Below the pieces are notes generated by a model. It was not told where the DNA came from and did no database searches. It saw only the letters and a list, made by a program, of their open reading frames with translations. 27,745 nt of DNA from Gemmatimonadota bacterium (lineage in GTDB: Bacteria; Latescibacterota; UBA2968; UBA8231): contig JAYPJE010000008.1 in assembly GCA_038128265.1 (NCBI GenBank), positions 84,149 to 111,893 on the forward strand, read 5' to 3'. Shown piece after piece: positions 16,307 through 25,506 of this stretch; within the stretch, counting starts at the first letter, position 1; the number at the start of each line of letters is the position of its first letter. The translations under genes were made by a program, and so were the position numbers.

Positions 16307-18004
16307 ATGCTTCCACCGAACCCGTTGCGCCGCTCATGGGACCTGCGCATCCCCTTGCTGACGACGCTCGCCGTCTTGACCTATGCCGGCACGCTGGGCA
16401 ATGACTTTGCCTTTGACGATACGCCCATCGTGCGCGACAACCCGCTGCTGCGGCACGGAGACTGGACGACGCTGTTGACCAGCGATTATTGGGCTGGGTA
16501 TCACGGCGACCGATCTGGGCTCTACCGACCGCTCACCATGCTGAGCTACGCCCTGCAGCTGAGAATTTCGGGCAGCCATCCCCTCCCATTCCACCTGCTC
16601 AACATCCTGCTACACGCGGCCTGTACGCTGGGGCTATACGGCCTGGTGCGGCGGCTGTGCGCGCACGACACGGCGCTGTGGAGCGCGGCACTCTTCGCCG
16701 TACACCCGGCCTGCAGCGAGAGCATCTGCGCCGTCGTCGGTCGTGCCGATCTGCTAGCCGCCGCCTTCGGCCTGCTGGCCGCCCGGTTTCATCTGGGAGC
16801 AGCGCCGCGCCAAGCCCTGGCCGCCGCTGCCGCATTGCTGCTGGCCTTGCTCAGCAAAGAAAGCGCAATCGCCTTATTCGCGCTGCTGCCGCTTATCGAC
16901 CTATTCCAATATCGCCTATTTTTGCGAAAATGCTATAGTCTCTCCTACCTACTATACGCCGGTATAGCAGGTCTTTACCTAGCCTGGCGCTACTATGTAC
17001 TAGGCACGCTAACGCTGGGCGAAATCGATCCATTTGACAATCCGCTGGTCGGCGCAGAACCTGCTATGCGCATCTACGATGCCGTAGCGATCGCCTTTCG
17101 CTACCTCGGCCTGCTCGTACTGCCAGCGCACCTATCGGCCGACTATTCCTATGCCGCCCTGACGCCCAGTGCGGCATTTGAAATAGGCCCGCTCGTCGGG
17201 ATCGGCCTCGGCCTCAGCGCGCTCATCTTCTTGCTATACAAGAGTTTTCAGAGCAACAGCGCGGTCTTTTTCGGCCTCGGCTGGTTTTGCATCGCACTGG
17301 CACCCGTGTCCAATATACTGATCCCCATCGGCACCGTTATGGGTGAACGCCTGCTCTACCTGCCGGCAATGGGATTTTGCGTGGCCCTAGCGGCACAGCT
17401 GCAAACCATCCGCCGCTATGCGCCCCCCATCGCGTTATTACTCGTCACGCTCTTTGCCACACGCAGCGCAGTGCGCACCAGCGATTGGCGCGATAATTAC
17501 ACCCTCTTTCAGGAAGCCACGCGCGTTCAGCCCCAAAGCGCACGCGCCTGGCGCGGTTTGGGCAATGCCGCGATGGAACGTCAGCAAAGGGAGCGCGCGC
17601 TCATCTCTTTGGGACGCGCTCTTCGTATCCACCCCGACTACTACGAAGTCCACGTCGACCTAGCGCATCACTACCTGAGTATCGGGCAGCCCGATATCGC
17701 GCGCCGGCACCTAGCCACTAGTCTGCAGCTGCGCGCCGATTATCCGCCCGCTTGGTTTGCACTTGGCTTAGTGCTGTATAAACTAGGAGAGAAAACCGAC
17801 GCTGCGCGTGCATTTGAACAGGCGCTACAGCTCGATCCAAGCTACGCCGATGCGGCCTACAACCTCGGCGTAATCCAGCTCGATAGCGGCCAGCCCAAAC
17901 GGGCCCAGACCTACTTTCAGCGCACCCTGACACTAGATCCCGAACACGAGCGAGCGCGGTCTAACCTCGAAGCGGCAAAAAAAATGAGCGCCCCCAACCC
18001 CTAG
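16307..18004 (+). CDS. TMTC-like membrane glycosyltransferase (GT-C fold, DUF1736-like) with C-terminal TPRs
   Basis: FAFDDTPIVRDNP, YRPLT, FHLLNILLH, LFAVHP..SESI..VVGRADLL, SKES, LSADYS and ERLLYLP, followed by several TPRs. Start could be 16271 or 16307. Confidence 0.88.
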   Translation: MLPPNPLRRSWDLRIPLLTTLAVLTYAGTLGNDFAFDDTPIVRDNPLLRHGDWTTLLTSDYWAGYHGDRSGLYRPLTMLSYALQLRISGSHPLPFHLLNILLHAACTLGLYGLVRRLCAHDTALWSAALFAVHPACSESICAVVGRADLLAAAFGLLAARFHLGAAPRQALAAAAALLLALLSKESAIALFALLPLIDLFQYRLFLRKCYSLSYLLYAGIAGLYLAWRYYVLGTLTLGEIDPFDNPLVGAEPAMRIYDAVAIAFRYLGLLVLPAHLSADYSYAALTPSAAFEIGPLVGIGLGLSALIFLLYKSFQSNSAVFFGLGWFCIALAPVSNILIPIGTVMGERLLYLPAMGFCVALAAQLQTIRRYAPPIALLLVTLFATRSAVRTSDWRDNYTLFQEATRVQPQSARAWRGLGNAAMERQQRERALISLGRALRIHPDYYEVHVDLAHHYLSIGQPDIARRHLATSLQLRADYPPAWFALGLVLYKLGEKTDAARAFEQALQLDPSYADAAYNLGVIQLDSGQPKRAQTYFQRTLTLDPEHERARSNLEAAKKMSAPNP

Positions 18005-18016
18005 GGAGCACTCATT
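17977..18016 (-). terminator. Intrinsic terminator of degP/Q overlapping the TMTC 3' end
   Basis: Minus strand AATGAGTGCTCCC...GGGGGCGCTCATT (13 bp with two G-U pairs) followed by a U-run. Confidence 0.7.
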
Positions 18017-18037
18017 GGGTACTGCGTTGTGGATCGG

Positions 18038-19465
18038 TTATTCGCCGACGGGCATGCGCATGGCAATAAGGCGCTTGTCGTTTCGACTTTGCACGCGCAG
18101 CGTAAACGCCTCGCCCGGCTCGATGGCTTCCAGCGCTTCTTGATACTGCTCCAACGAGCGCACGCGGGTGCGGTTGATGCCCGTGATCAGCAGGCCGCGT
18201 TGCAAACCGCGCCGCGCTGCTTCACTGCCGGCGCGCACGCGCATAATGATAACGCCTTCTTCATCCTCGTCATAACCCAACCGATTGGCCAACTCGGACG
18301 TTAGCTCTTGCACTGCCAGTCCCAGTCGGCCCGGGTCTCCGGCTTCGGAGCGCTCGCTGCGCGCCGAGGCGAGCACTTCTTCCGTCAGCGCTTCTAATAC
18401 GACACCGAGGCGTTTTTTATCGCCGTCGCGCAGCACCAATAGCTCGACCTCACTTCCCGGCGCCGTGCGGCCAATAATGCTCTTTAGCTCGGTCGAATCG
18501 TGCACTCTTTTACCGTTGATCTCGAGGACGATATCCTCTTCTTCAACTCCTCCCTTATCGGCGGCGCGGCCCTCCATAACTTCGCTAATCAGCACGCCGT
18601 CTTTGGTTTCCAACCCCATTGCTTCGGCCAACAGCGGATTGAGATCGCGTATTTGCACGCCGAGCAGGCCACGGCGCACGCGCCCGTGCTCGACCAGCTC
18701 ACTCATGACGAACTTGGCCTGGTTGATGGGGATGGCAAAGCCTATGCCGACGTTGCCCACGCGGCCAAACGGGCCGCCCCCACCCGGAACAATCGCCGCA
18801 TTAATGCCGATGAGTTCGCCGCGCACATTGATTAGCGCACCGCCGCTATTGCCCGGGTTGATGGCGGCATCTGTTTGTATATACGAGCCGTATTCCTCGC
18901 GCGAACGGCCGCGACCCAAACCGCTTATAATACCGGTGGAAATGGAGTGCGCAATACCGAAGGGATTGCCAATAGCCAGCACCCACTCGCCCTCGCGCAG
19001 CGCATCGGAATCGCCCAACTCGACAGCGGGCAGATCCTTGCCGGCAATTTTGAGCAGCGCCAGATCACTAAGCGAGTCGGCCCCTACGATCTCGGCATCA
19101 AAAAAGCGCGAATCGGGCAGGTCGACGCGAATATTGTCCGCGCCGTCAATAACGTGATTGTTTGTGAGAATGTAGTGGTCACCTGCAAAGCGCACGATCA
19201 CGCCGGAGCCTGCACCGTCGCGCTGGCGCTCCTGCGGCGGCATCTGAAAACCAAAGAATGGGTTGGAACCGCCGTCTTCCACAACCGTCCGCTCCGTCGC
19301 AATAGCGACTACGCCCGACTTGACCTGCGCGGCCAATTCGGCAAACCCATCGCTCATCGTCTGCAGCGAGCGAATATTGTCCGTCATATTGTCTAACGCA
19401 TGCGACGGGGCACTGTATAACAGCAGCCCCACCACAACCCATATTGAGGATTTAAATCCCCCCAT
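18038..19465 (-). CDS. HtrA/Do-family periplasmic serine protease with two PDZ domains (DegP/DegQ)
   Basis: Signal peptide, GSGVI, TNNHVI, DLALLK, QTDAAINPGNSGG and two PDZ domains. GGAGG RBS. Confidence 0.96.
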   Translation of the reverse strand: MGGFKSSIWVVVGLLLYSAPSHALDNMTDNIRSLQTMSDGFAELAAQVKSGVVAIATERTVVEDGGSNPFFGFQMPPQERQRDGAGSGVIVRFAGDHYILTNNHVIDGADNIRVDLPDSRFFDAEIVGADSLSDLALLKIAGKDLPAVELGDSDALREGEWVLAIGNPFGIAHSISTGIISGLGRGRSREEYGSYIQTDAAINPGNSGGALINVRGELIGINAAIVPGGGGPFGRVGNVGIGFAIPINQAKFVMSELVEHGRVRRGLLGVQIRDLNPLLAEAMGLETKDGVLISEVMEGRAADKGGVEEEDIVLEINGKRVHDSTELKSIIGRTAPGSEVELLVLRDGDKKRLGVVLEALTEEVLASARSERSEAGDPGRLGLAVQELTSELANRLGYDEDEEGVIIMRVRAGSEAARRGLQRGLLITGINRTRVRSLEQYQEALEAIEPGEAFTLRVQSRNDKRLIAMRMPVGE

Positions 19466-19540
19466 CTAACACCTCCTACGCAGTAATTTTATAGCTCAAA
19501 TTATATTTGGAGACACGGGCCGTATGCGCTCCGTGTCTAA

Positions 19541-19568
19541 GAGACGGAGGGAATGCACGGCAAGTTCC
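19541..19568 (-). promoter_or_regulatory. ECF sigma (RpoE-like) promoter for degP/Q
   Basis: Minus strand GGAACTT (19568-19562)-N16-GTCTC (19545-19541). Confidence 0.7.
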
Positions 19569-19652
19569 CACTGCGAAAAAGAATGTCGCCTATCGACGCC
19601 GTTTTGCAATCCAGTGGCTCTATGCTGCGCGCAGTTCGAACCCTCTACCTGC

Positions 19653-22307
19653 TTAGTCGACATCGACCGCTTCGGCATCAACCACTGCTTCGTCAGCGCT
19701 GTCGTTTTCCCTATTGTCGTGTTCGACGGCGAGCTGCCCGCCAACCAGATCGACGCGCACGTGCGCCCCGTCCGCTATATGCCCGCCGATCAGCGCGCGC
19801 CCTATGCGCGTCTCTAACTCGCGCTGCAGGTAGCGACGCAGCGGACGGGCGCCGTAAACCGGATCAAACCCCTGGCGCGCGATATGCTCGCGCGCGGCCG
19901 CACTGATATCCAACTCGATGCGGCGCTCGGCCAAACGCGCGCGCAGCTCGCCCACCATGAGCGCAACCACTTCGCCAATCTCGGCGAGCGTCAGCGGCTT
20001 GAACAGCACGATATCGTCAACCCGATTGAGAAATTCCGGACGGAAGTGCTGGCGCAGTTCGCCCAAAACCGCCGTGCGAACCGACTCGACGATTTGCCCA
20101 TCGGCATCAACCCCGTCGATCAGAGTCGGCGAACCGATATTCGAAGTCATAATAACGACGGCGTTGCGAAAATCGACCGTGCGGCCCTGTGCGTCGGTCA
20201 GCCGACCGTCGTCTAAAAGCTGCAGCAAGATGTTAAAGACGTCGCCGTGCGCCTTTTCTATTTCATCGAATAGCAGCACGGAATAGGGTTTGCGGCGCAC
20301 GGCTTCGGTCAACTGGCCGCCCTCTTCATAGCCGACGTATCCCGGCGGCGCACCAATCAGGCGCGACACCGCATGCTTTTCCATGTATTCGCTCATATCG
20401 ATGCGGATGATATTCTCTTCCGCATCAAAGAGGGCCTGCGCCAACGCCTTGGCCAATTCGGTCTTGCCTACGCCGGTGGGTCCGAGAAAGATAAACGAGC
20501 CCACCGGGCGCGTCGGATCCTTTATGCCGGCACGCGCGCGGATGACCGCATCGGCGACGCGCTGCACCGCCTCGTCCTGGCCAACGACGCGCCGATGCAA
20601 AATCTCGTCTAGGCGCAGCAGCTTTTCGCGCTCTCCTTCAACTAGCCGCTTGACGGGTATGCCGCTCCAGCGTGCGACGATTTCGGCTACTTCTTCTTCG
20701 GTGACCTCTTCGCGCAACAGGCGTTCGCCCGCCTTTTCCTGCTGTCGGGCTTCTTCGGCGGCCAGCGCACGCTCCAATTCGGGCAGGCGACCGTGCTGAA
20801 GCTCGGCCGCCCGGTTGAGATCGTAGGCGCGCTGGGCCTCCTCTACGCGCCGGCGCGTTTGTTCGATTTCTTCGCGCAGCGCACGCACGGCACCGATCGC
20901 TCCTTTTTCACCCTCCCACTGCGCGCGCATGGCGTCAGCGCGCTCCTTCAGATCGGCCAATTCGCCGCGCAGCACTTCGAGGCGCTCTTTACTGGCCTTG
21001 TCTTTTTCCTTTTTAAGGGCGGCCTGTTCGATCTCCAACTGCATAACGCGACGAGCTACTTCGTCCAGCTCAGCCGGCATGGAGTCGATTTCCGTGCGAA
21101 TCATCGCACAGGCCTCGTCAACCAAGTCGATGGCCTTGTCGGGCAAAAAGCGATCGGCTATGTAGCGATCCGACAGCACGGCAGCACCAACCAGCGCGTT
21201 GTCCTGAATGCGCACGCCGTGATGCACTTCAAAGCGCTCGCGCAAACCGCGCAGAATGGAGACCGTATCTTCTACCGTCGGCGCATCTACCTGCACGGGT
21301 TGAAAGCGCCGTTCCAGCGCCGCGTCTTTTTCGATGTATTTGCGGTGTTCGTCCAAGGTCGTTGCACCAATGCAGTGCAGTTCACCGCGCGCGAGCATCG
21401 GCTTAAGCATATTACCAGCATCGCTCGAACCTTCCGTCTTACCAGCGCCGACGATGGTGTGCAGCTCGTCGATAAAGAGTAGAATACGCCCATCGCTCGA
21501 CTGTATTTCGCGCAGTACGGCCTTGAGGCGCTCTTCAAACTCGCCGCGATACTTAGCGCCGGCCATTAGCGCACCCATATCGAGCGAGAAGATCGTGCGA
21601 TCCTTCATCCACTCCGGCACGTCGCCGCGCACGATGCGCTGAGCCAAGCCCTCTACAATGGCCGTCTTGCCCACGCCGGGTTCGCCGATGAGAACGGGAT
21701 TGTTCTTGGTCTTGCGCGAGAGAATGCGCACTACGCGGCGTATTTCGCCGTCGCGTCCGATAACCGGATCGAGCTTGCCCGCACGCGCCTGGGCAACCAA
21801 ATCGACGCCGTATTTCTCAAGCGCTTCATACGATGTTTCGGGGGTGCTGCTCGTCACGCGCTGGGCGCCGCGCACCCCGGTCAGGGTTTGCAAGAAGCGC
21901 GGGCGATCGACGCCGGCCTTGGCCAAGATTCGACCCGCCTCCGTCGCTTGGCCCTCTTCAATAAAGGCCAAGCCTATGTGTTCGACCGATACGTACTCGT
22001 CCTTGAGCGCCTGCGCCTCGTCTTCGGCGCGCAGTAGCAATTGCTGCAAACGGCGCGTAGCGTGCGTCTCTGCCCCTGAACCCGATACGCGCGCACGCTT
22101 GTCCAATGCGCGCTGCAGCTCCGCGCGCAGCGCGGCCGGCGAAGCCTGCATGCGGCTGAACAAGCTGGGCAGTATACCCCCTTCTTGCTCGACGAGGACG
22201 GCCAGCACGTGTTCTCCGTCCACCTCGCCGTGTTCGAGGCGCAGCGCCAAACTCTGCGCCTCCTGTAGAGCCTCTTGCACTTTTTGCGTCATCTTATTCG
22301 CATTCAT
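19653..22307 (-). CDS. clpB: ATP-dependent disaggregase ClpB
   Basis: Clp N-domain, [18 protein letters not shown], coiled-coil M-domain, [18 protein letters not shown] and GARPLRR. Confidence 0.98.
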   Translation of the reverse strand: MNANKMTQKVQEALQEAQSLALRLEHGEVDGEHVLAVLVEQEGGILPSLFSRMQASPAALRAELQRALDKRARVSGSGAETHATRRLQQLLLRAEDEAQALKDEYVSVEHIGLAFIEEGQATEAGRILAKAGVDRPRFLQTLTGVRGAQRVTSSTPETSYEALEKYGVDLVAQARAGKLDPVIGRDGEIRRVVRILSRKTKNNPVLIGEPGVGKTAIVEGLAQRIVRGDVPEWMKDRTIFSLDMGALMAGAKYRGEFEERLKAVLREIQSSDGRILLFIDELHTIVGAGKTEGSSDAGNMLKPMLARGELHCIGATTLDEHRKYIEKDAALERRFQPVQVDAPTVEDTVSILRGLRERFEVHHGVRIQDNALVGAAVLSDRYIADRFLPDKAIDLVDEACAMIRTEIDSMPAELDEVARRVMQLEIEQAALKKEKDKASKERLEVLRGELADLKERADAMRAQWEGEKGAIGAVRALREEIEQTRRRVEEAQRAYDLNRAAELQHGRLPELERALAAEEARQQEKAGERLLREEVTEEEVAEIVARWSGIPVKRLVEGEREKLLRLDEILHRRVVGQDEAVQRVADAVIRARAGIKDPTRPVGSFIFLGPTGVGKTELAKALAQALFDAEENIIRIDMSEYMEKHAVSRLIGAPPGYVGYEEGGQLTEAVRRKPYSVLLFDEIEKAHGDVFNILLQLLDDGRLTDAQGRTVDFRNAVVIMTSNIGSPTLIDGVDADGQIVESVRTAVLGELRQHFRPEFLNRVDDIVLFKPLTLAEIGEVVALMVGELRARLAERRIELDISAAAREHIARQGFDPVYGARPLRRYLQRELETRIGRALIGGHIADGAHVRVDLVGGQLAVEHDNRENDSADEAVVDAEAVDVD

Positions 22308-23209
22308 CGCGATGTTTCCTTCTGTTGGTCTAACTCCGTCAGTTGTTCAAACAGCTGCCGCTGCGGCGGCGAGATATGGTGGGGAACGACGATGCGCACC
22401 TCGGCGTAAAAGTCGCCGCGTTGGTCGCGCTGGCCCGTTGCGTATCCACGACCGCGCAGGCGAATGCGCTGCCCAGAAGACGAACCGGCCGGCACTTTCA
22501 GATCGACGGCACCGTCGAGCGTTTGCAGCCGCACCGTGCCACCCAGCGCCGCCGTCCACGGCATGATATCAAGCACCGCGTAGACATCGTCTCCGCGCAG
22601 GCGAAATGGGCCATCCTCGCGCAGTTGGACGCGCAGATAGAGATCGCCCACCAGTCCGTCGCCCTGCCGACCCTGTCCCGGCAGACGAATGCGCTGTCCC
22701 TGACGGATGCCGGCCGGCACGTTGACGACATAGGTCTGCTGGCGTCCAGCGTGCGCATCGCGCAGGGAAATATGCTGTTTACCGCCTCGGTGTGCCTCGA
22801 GCACGTCGAGTTCGAGCACGGCTTCTCGATCAAGCGTTTCGGATACCGGCACGTCATCCAAGCCACTCGTGCGGTGTCCGCGGCGGCCGAAAAACTGTTC
22901 AAAAAACGTGCCCAATCCGCTCTGACCCCACGCGGCATGCCAATCCCGGTCGGCATATTCTCCGGTGGGCGGCACGCCGCCGCGCGCAGCCTGCCACTCG
23001 GCCCCGTAGCGATCGTATGCGGCGCGCTTTTCCGGATCCGTGAGCACCTCATAGGCCTCGGAGATTTGCCTGAACTTCTCCTCTGCCCCGGGCGCGCCGT
23101 TGCGGTCGGGATGATACTGTCGCGCTAGCAATCGATAGGCTTTGGTTACTGCGTCTTTATCAGCAGACCGATCTATGCCCAGCACGTTGTAATAATCGAC
23201 GTAGTCCAT
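22304..23209 (-). CDS. cbpA: Class II J-domain co-chaperone (CbpA/DnaJ-like, no Zn finger)
   Basis: DYYNVLG...YHPDRN J-domain, G/F-rich linker and DnaJ C-terminal domain. ATGA overlap with clpB. Confidence 0.92.
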   Translation of the reverse strand: MDYVDYYNVLGIDRSADKDAVTKAYRLLARQYHPDRNGAPGAEEKFRQISEAYEVLTDPEKRAAYDRYGAEWQAARGGVPPTGEYADRDWHAAWGQSGLGTFFEQFFGRRGHRTSGLDDVPVSETLDREAVLELDVLEAHRGGKQHISLRDAHAGRQQTYVVNVPAGIRQGQRIRLPGQGRQGDGLVGDLYLRVQLREDGPFRLRGDDVYAVLDIMPWTAALGGTVRLQTLDGAVDLKVPAGSSSGQRIRLRGRGYATGQRDQRGDFYAEVRIVVPHHISPPQRQLFEQLTELDQQKETSR

Positions 23210-23237
23210 ATCAGCATTTCCTCACGATAGGCCTATC

Positions 23238-23253
23238 GGCAAATCGCGTACCA
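23238..23253 (-). promoter_or_regulatory. Sigma54 (-24/-12) promoter for cbpA-clpB
   Basis: Minus strand TGGTACG-CGAT-TTGCC with exact GG-N10-GC spacing, about 30 nt upstream of the ATG. Confidence 0.75.
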
Positions 23254-23330
23254 GCCACAATACGCAGGCGAAATGCCTATTATGTCAGCACGAGCACTGG
23301 GCAGAATGACAATTTGTCACTGCGATGCGC

Positions 23331-23358
23331 AAAAAAAGGGCCGCTAAAAAGCGGCCCT
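23331..23358 (-). terminator. Intrinsic terminator of the DUF5610-like gene
   Basis: AGGGCCGCT-aaaa-AGCGGCCCT stem with an A-run on the left (U-tract on minus). Confidence 0.85.
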
Positions 23359-23384
23359 CAATACAGCGCGTATCAAACAAACAA

Positions 23385-23969
23385 TTACAGTGCGGTAGCG
23401 CCCCCTTCGTCGGGTGCATTCGCCAGCTGCTCTGTGCGCTGCGCAACAAAGTCATCGATGCCCTTCATGGCCAGATCAAAGGTCTCGTCAATGCCCGCCT
23501 GCACGTCCGAGTCAATTTCGCCAAGCCCTTCCAGCATTTCCTGCGCTCCGGCAAACCCCTCTTCAATAGCGCCCTTTATCATGGTGGAAAAGCCTTCTAA
23601 CTGCTCTTTTTCGGACATTTCTGGATTGTTAGCCTGATACTGGCCATAGAAACCGGTGGCAAATTCGACGATGCGATTGGCCGTGGCCTCTGGCGAAAAG
23701 TCCGTGCCGCTTTCCAGCAAACTCTCAACCGTCGTGTCCATGCCCGCTTCCTGGAACATGGAGTTCAGTTTGTCGTTCAGCGAGTCGCTGAGCACGCGGT
23801 TGGCGAACCCTTTGTCGACCTGGATATTTACGTTTACTGCATCGACCATTAGACTCTTGGCCTGCGTTGAGCCGCCCGCATCGGCAATCGTCTTTTTCAC
23901 GGCGAGCGTTGAGCGCGACGACTGCATCGATGAAATGAGGCTTTGACTCTGAGTATTGCCCACATTCAT
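23385..23969 (-). CDS. DUF5610-like protein
   Basis: DFSPEATANRIVEFATGFY...IEEGFAGAQEMLEGLG...IDETFDL recalled as the DUF5610 signature. GAGGAG RBS. Confidence 0.78.
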   Translation of the reverse strand: MNVGNTQSQSLISSMQSSRSTLAVKKTIADAGGSTQAKSLMVDAVNVNIQVDKGFANRVLSDSLNDKLNSMFQEAGMDTTVESLLESGTDFSPEATANRIVEFATGFYGQYQANNPEMSEKEQLEGFSTMIKGAIEEGFAGAQEMLEGLGEIDSDVQAGIDETFDLAMKGIDDFVAQRTEQLANAPDEGGATAL

Positions 23970-24080
23970 AGGGAATTCTCCTCGGTGAACCCACCCCTGG
24001 GGAGGGAAAAGTGTAAACCCGCTGTTCTACCTTATCGACCCCATATACAGTTTTCCACAGCTTTTTTTTTGATTTTGCAC

Positions 24081-24111
24081 AAAAAAGGGGATGGCAATCG
24101 CCATCCCCTTT
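24081..24111 (-). terminator. Intrinsic terminator of the lipoprotein/barrel operon
   Basis: AAAGGGGATGGC-aatc-GCCATCCCCTTT with an A-run on the left. Confidence 0.85.
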
Positions 24112-24133
24112 GGAAAAGCTGCACATATAGATA

Positions 24134-25492
24134 CTAAATTCGGTTCATACTGACTCGTAAAAGGTTGATCGACCAACCCGCGCCCTGCGCAACGCCGGGC
24201 AGAAAACCGCCGCGGTTGACCAGCCCGGTTTCCATCAGCGTCAGGCGCCAGCGCCCGGCCGAAAACGGCCCGAAGCCAAAGCCGATGGCTGAACTCTGAC
24301 CGGCCCGACCACCGCCGGACAGACCAAAACTGAGCGGAAACCAGTCGACGAGGCGATACTCCACACCCAGCGCCAGACGCGGCGTCGACGAGATACCAAA
24401 GCCGCTGCTAAACGCCTGGTCGTACTGCCCACTGACCGTCAGTTTCGGAATGGGCCTGTGCGTCGCACCCAGTCGCAGCATGGCCGGCAGGGTAAGCGAA
24501 AAACTGCTGTCCTCTGTTTCGCTTCCATACTCGTCGAAAATGTCATCAAAACCGGCCTTGCCCGTAAAGCTCAGCGCGCGCAGGCGACTGGCCTGCACAA
24601 AGACGGAATCCTGCTGCGATTCAATATTCCAGTTCATCGTATCGAGCAGGTTCATCAGGGCCAAACCAACGGTTGTCTTGCCGTCTTTGGTAACGCCCGT
24701 CGCACCCAAATCGAGACCGAAGCCCACCCCGCCGCCGACGCGCGTAACGGCGTAGGCATCGATATCGGTACCGCCAACGCGGGTCTCGATACCGCCATCG
24801 GAGCGCAAAACCTCGCCGAAGCCACCACTCATAACTTTAAACGTGGCGCCAACGGCAAACTCCGACAGGAAGTTTTTCAGGCTAGCTGGCATCATGGGCT
24901 TGGCGATCGCCCAGCTAAACACGCCCAACCCCCAGCCCTGACCGTCCCATTCGGCAATATCGTACCCAGGCGACTTGCCTGCGGCCTCGCGGTTGCGAGC
25001 AAACTGGTTGCCGTTGAGCAATAGGTCGATCATATCACGCGGAATTTCGCCCTCCAAGCCCAAGCGCGCGTTCACGGCGATGGCACTGCTCAACCCCCAC
25101 GGCATGGGAAAAGCCACGCCGCCGATGACCGGCAAAAACAGACCGACGTCCGTATTGAATTTCAAACCGCCGCCAGGGATACTGCCGACGATATCGTCTT
25201 TGTCTTCGTCGGAGATAAAGTCGCCGTTGTACTTGTTGTAGTCGCTGATGCTGATACTGTTGTTTTCCATGATAAACGACAGACCCATATTCAGCGGAAG
25301 CGATAGTTTCGGACTATCACTCAGCGCGAGGTTAGCCGGATTCCAATAAATGGACTCCACGCCGCGCGCCATGGCGCCGTAGGCACCGGCGATGCCCATC
25401 GCACGCGGCTGTGTGTCACCGTATCCCGTGGCGAGTGCTTCCCCGCCAGTCAAGAGCAGGGCAAGCGCCAGAATCAATCCTTTAATTTTCAT
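24134..25492 (-). CDS. Outer-membrane beta-barrel of the FadL/PorV/DUF5723-like type
   Basis: Signal peptide; PRAMGIAGAYGAMARGVESIYWNPANL plug motif; GFGLDLG, LPAMLRLG and LGVEY strands. Confidence 0.8.
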   Translation of the reverse strand: MKIKGLILALALLLTGGEALATGYGDTQPRAMGIAGAYGAMARGVESIYWNPANLALSDSPKLSLPLNMGLSFIMENNSISISDYNKYNGDFISDEDKDDIVGSIPGGGLKFNTDVGLFLPVIGGVAFPMPWGLSSAIAVNARLGLEGEIPRDMIDLLLNGNQFARNREAAGKSPGYDIAEWDGQGWGLGVFSWAIAKPMMPASLKNFLSEFAVGATFKVMSGGFGEVLRSDGGIETRVGGTDIDAYAVTRVGGGVGFGLDLGATGVTKDGKTTVGLALMNLLDTMNWNIESQQDSVFVQASRLRALSFTGKAGFDDIFDEYGSETEDSSFSLTLPAMLRLGATHRPIPKLTVSGQYDQAFSSGFGISSTPRLALGVEYRLVDWFPLSFGLSGGGRAGQSSAIGFGFGPFSAGRWRLTLMETGLVNRGGFLPGVAQGAGWSINLLRVSMNRI

Positions 25493-25506
25493 CGCTAGGC
25501 CTCCCC

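Noticed and set aside
22304..22307. Possible cbpM/hspR gene between cbpA and clpB
   Set aside because: The two genes overlap by ATGA, leaving no room. The modulator gene is absent here.
18285..23128. Long plus-strand ORFs opposite degP, clpB and cbpA
   Set aside because: Antisense shadows of highly conserved genes.
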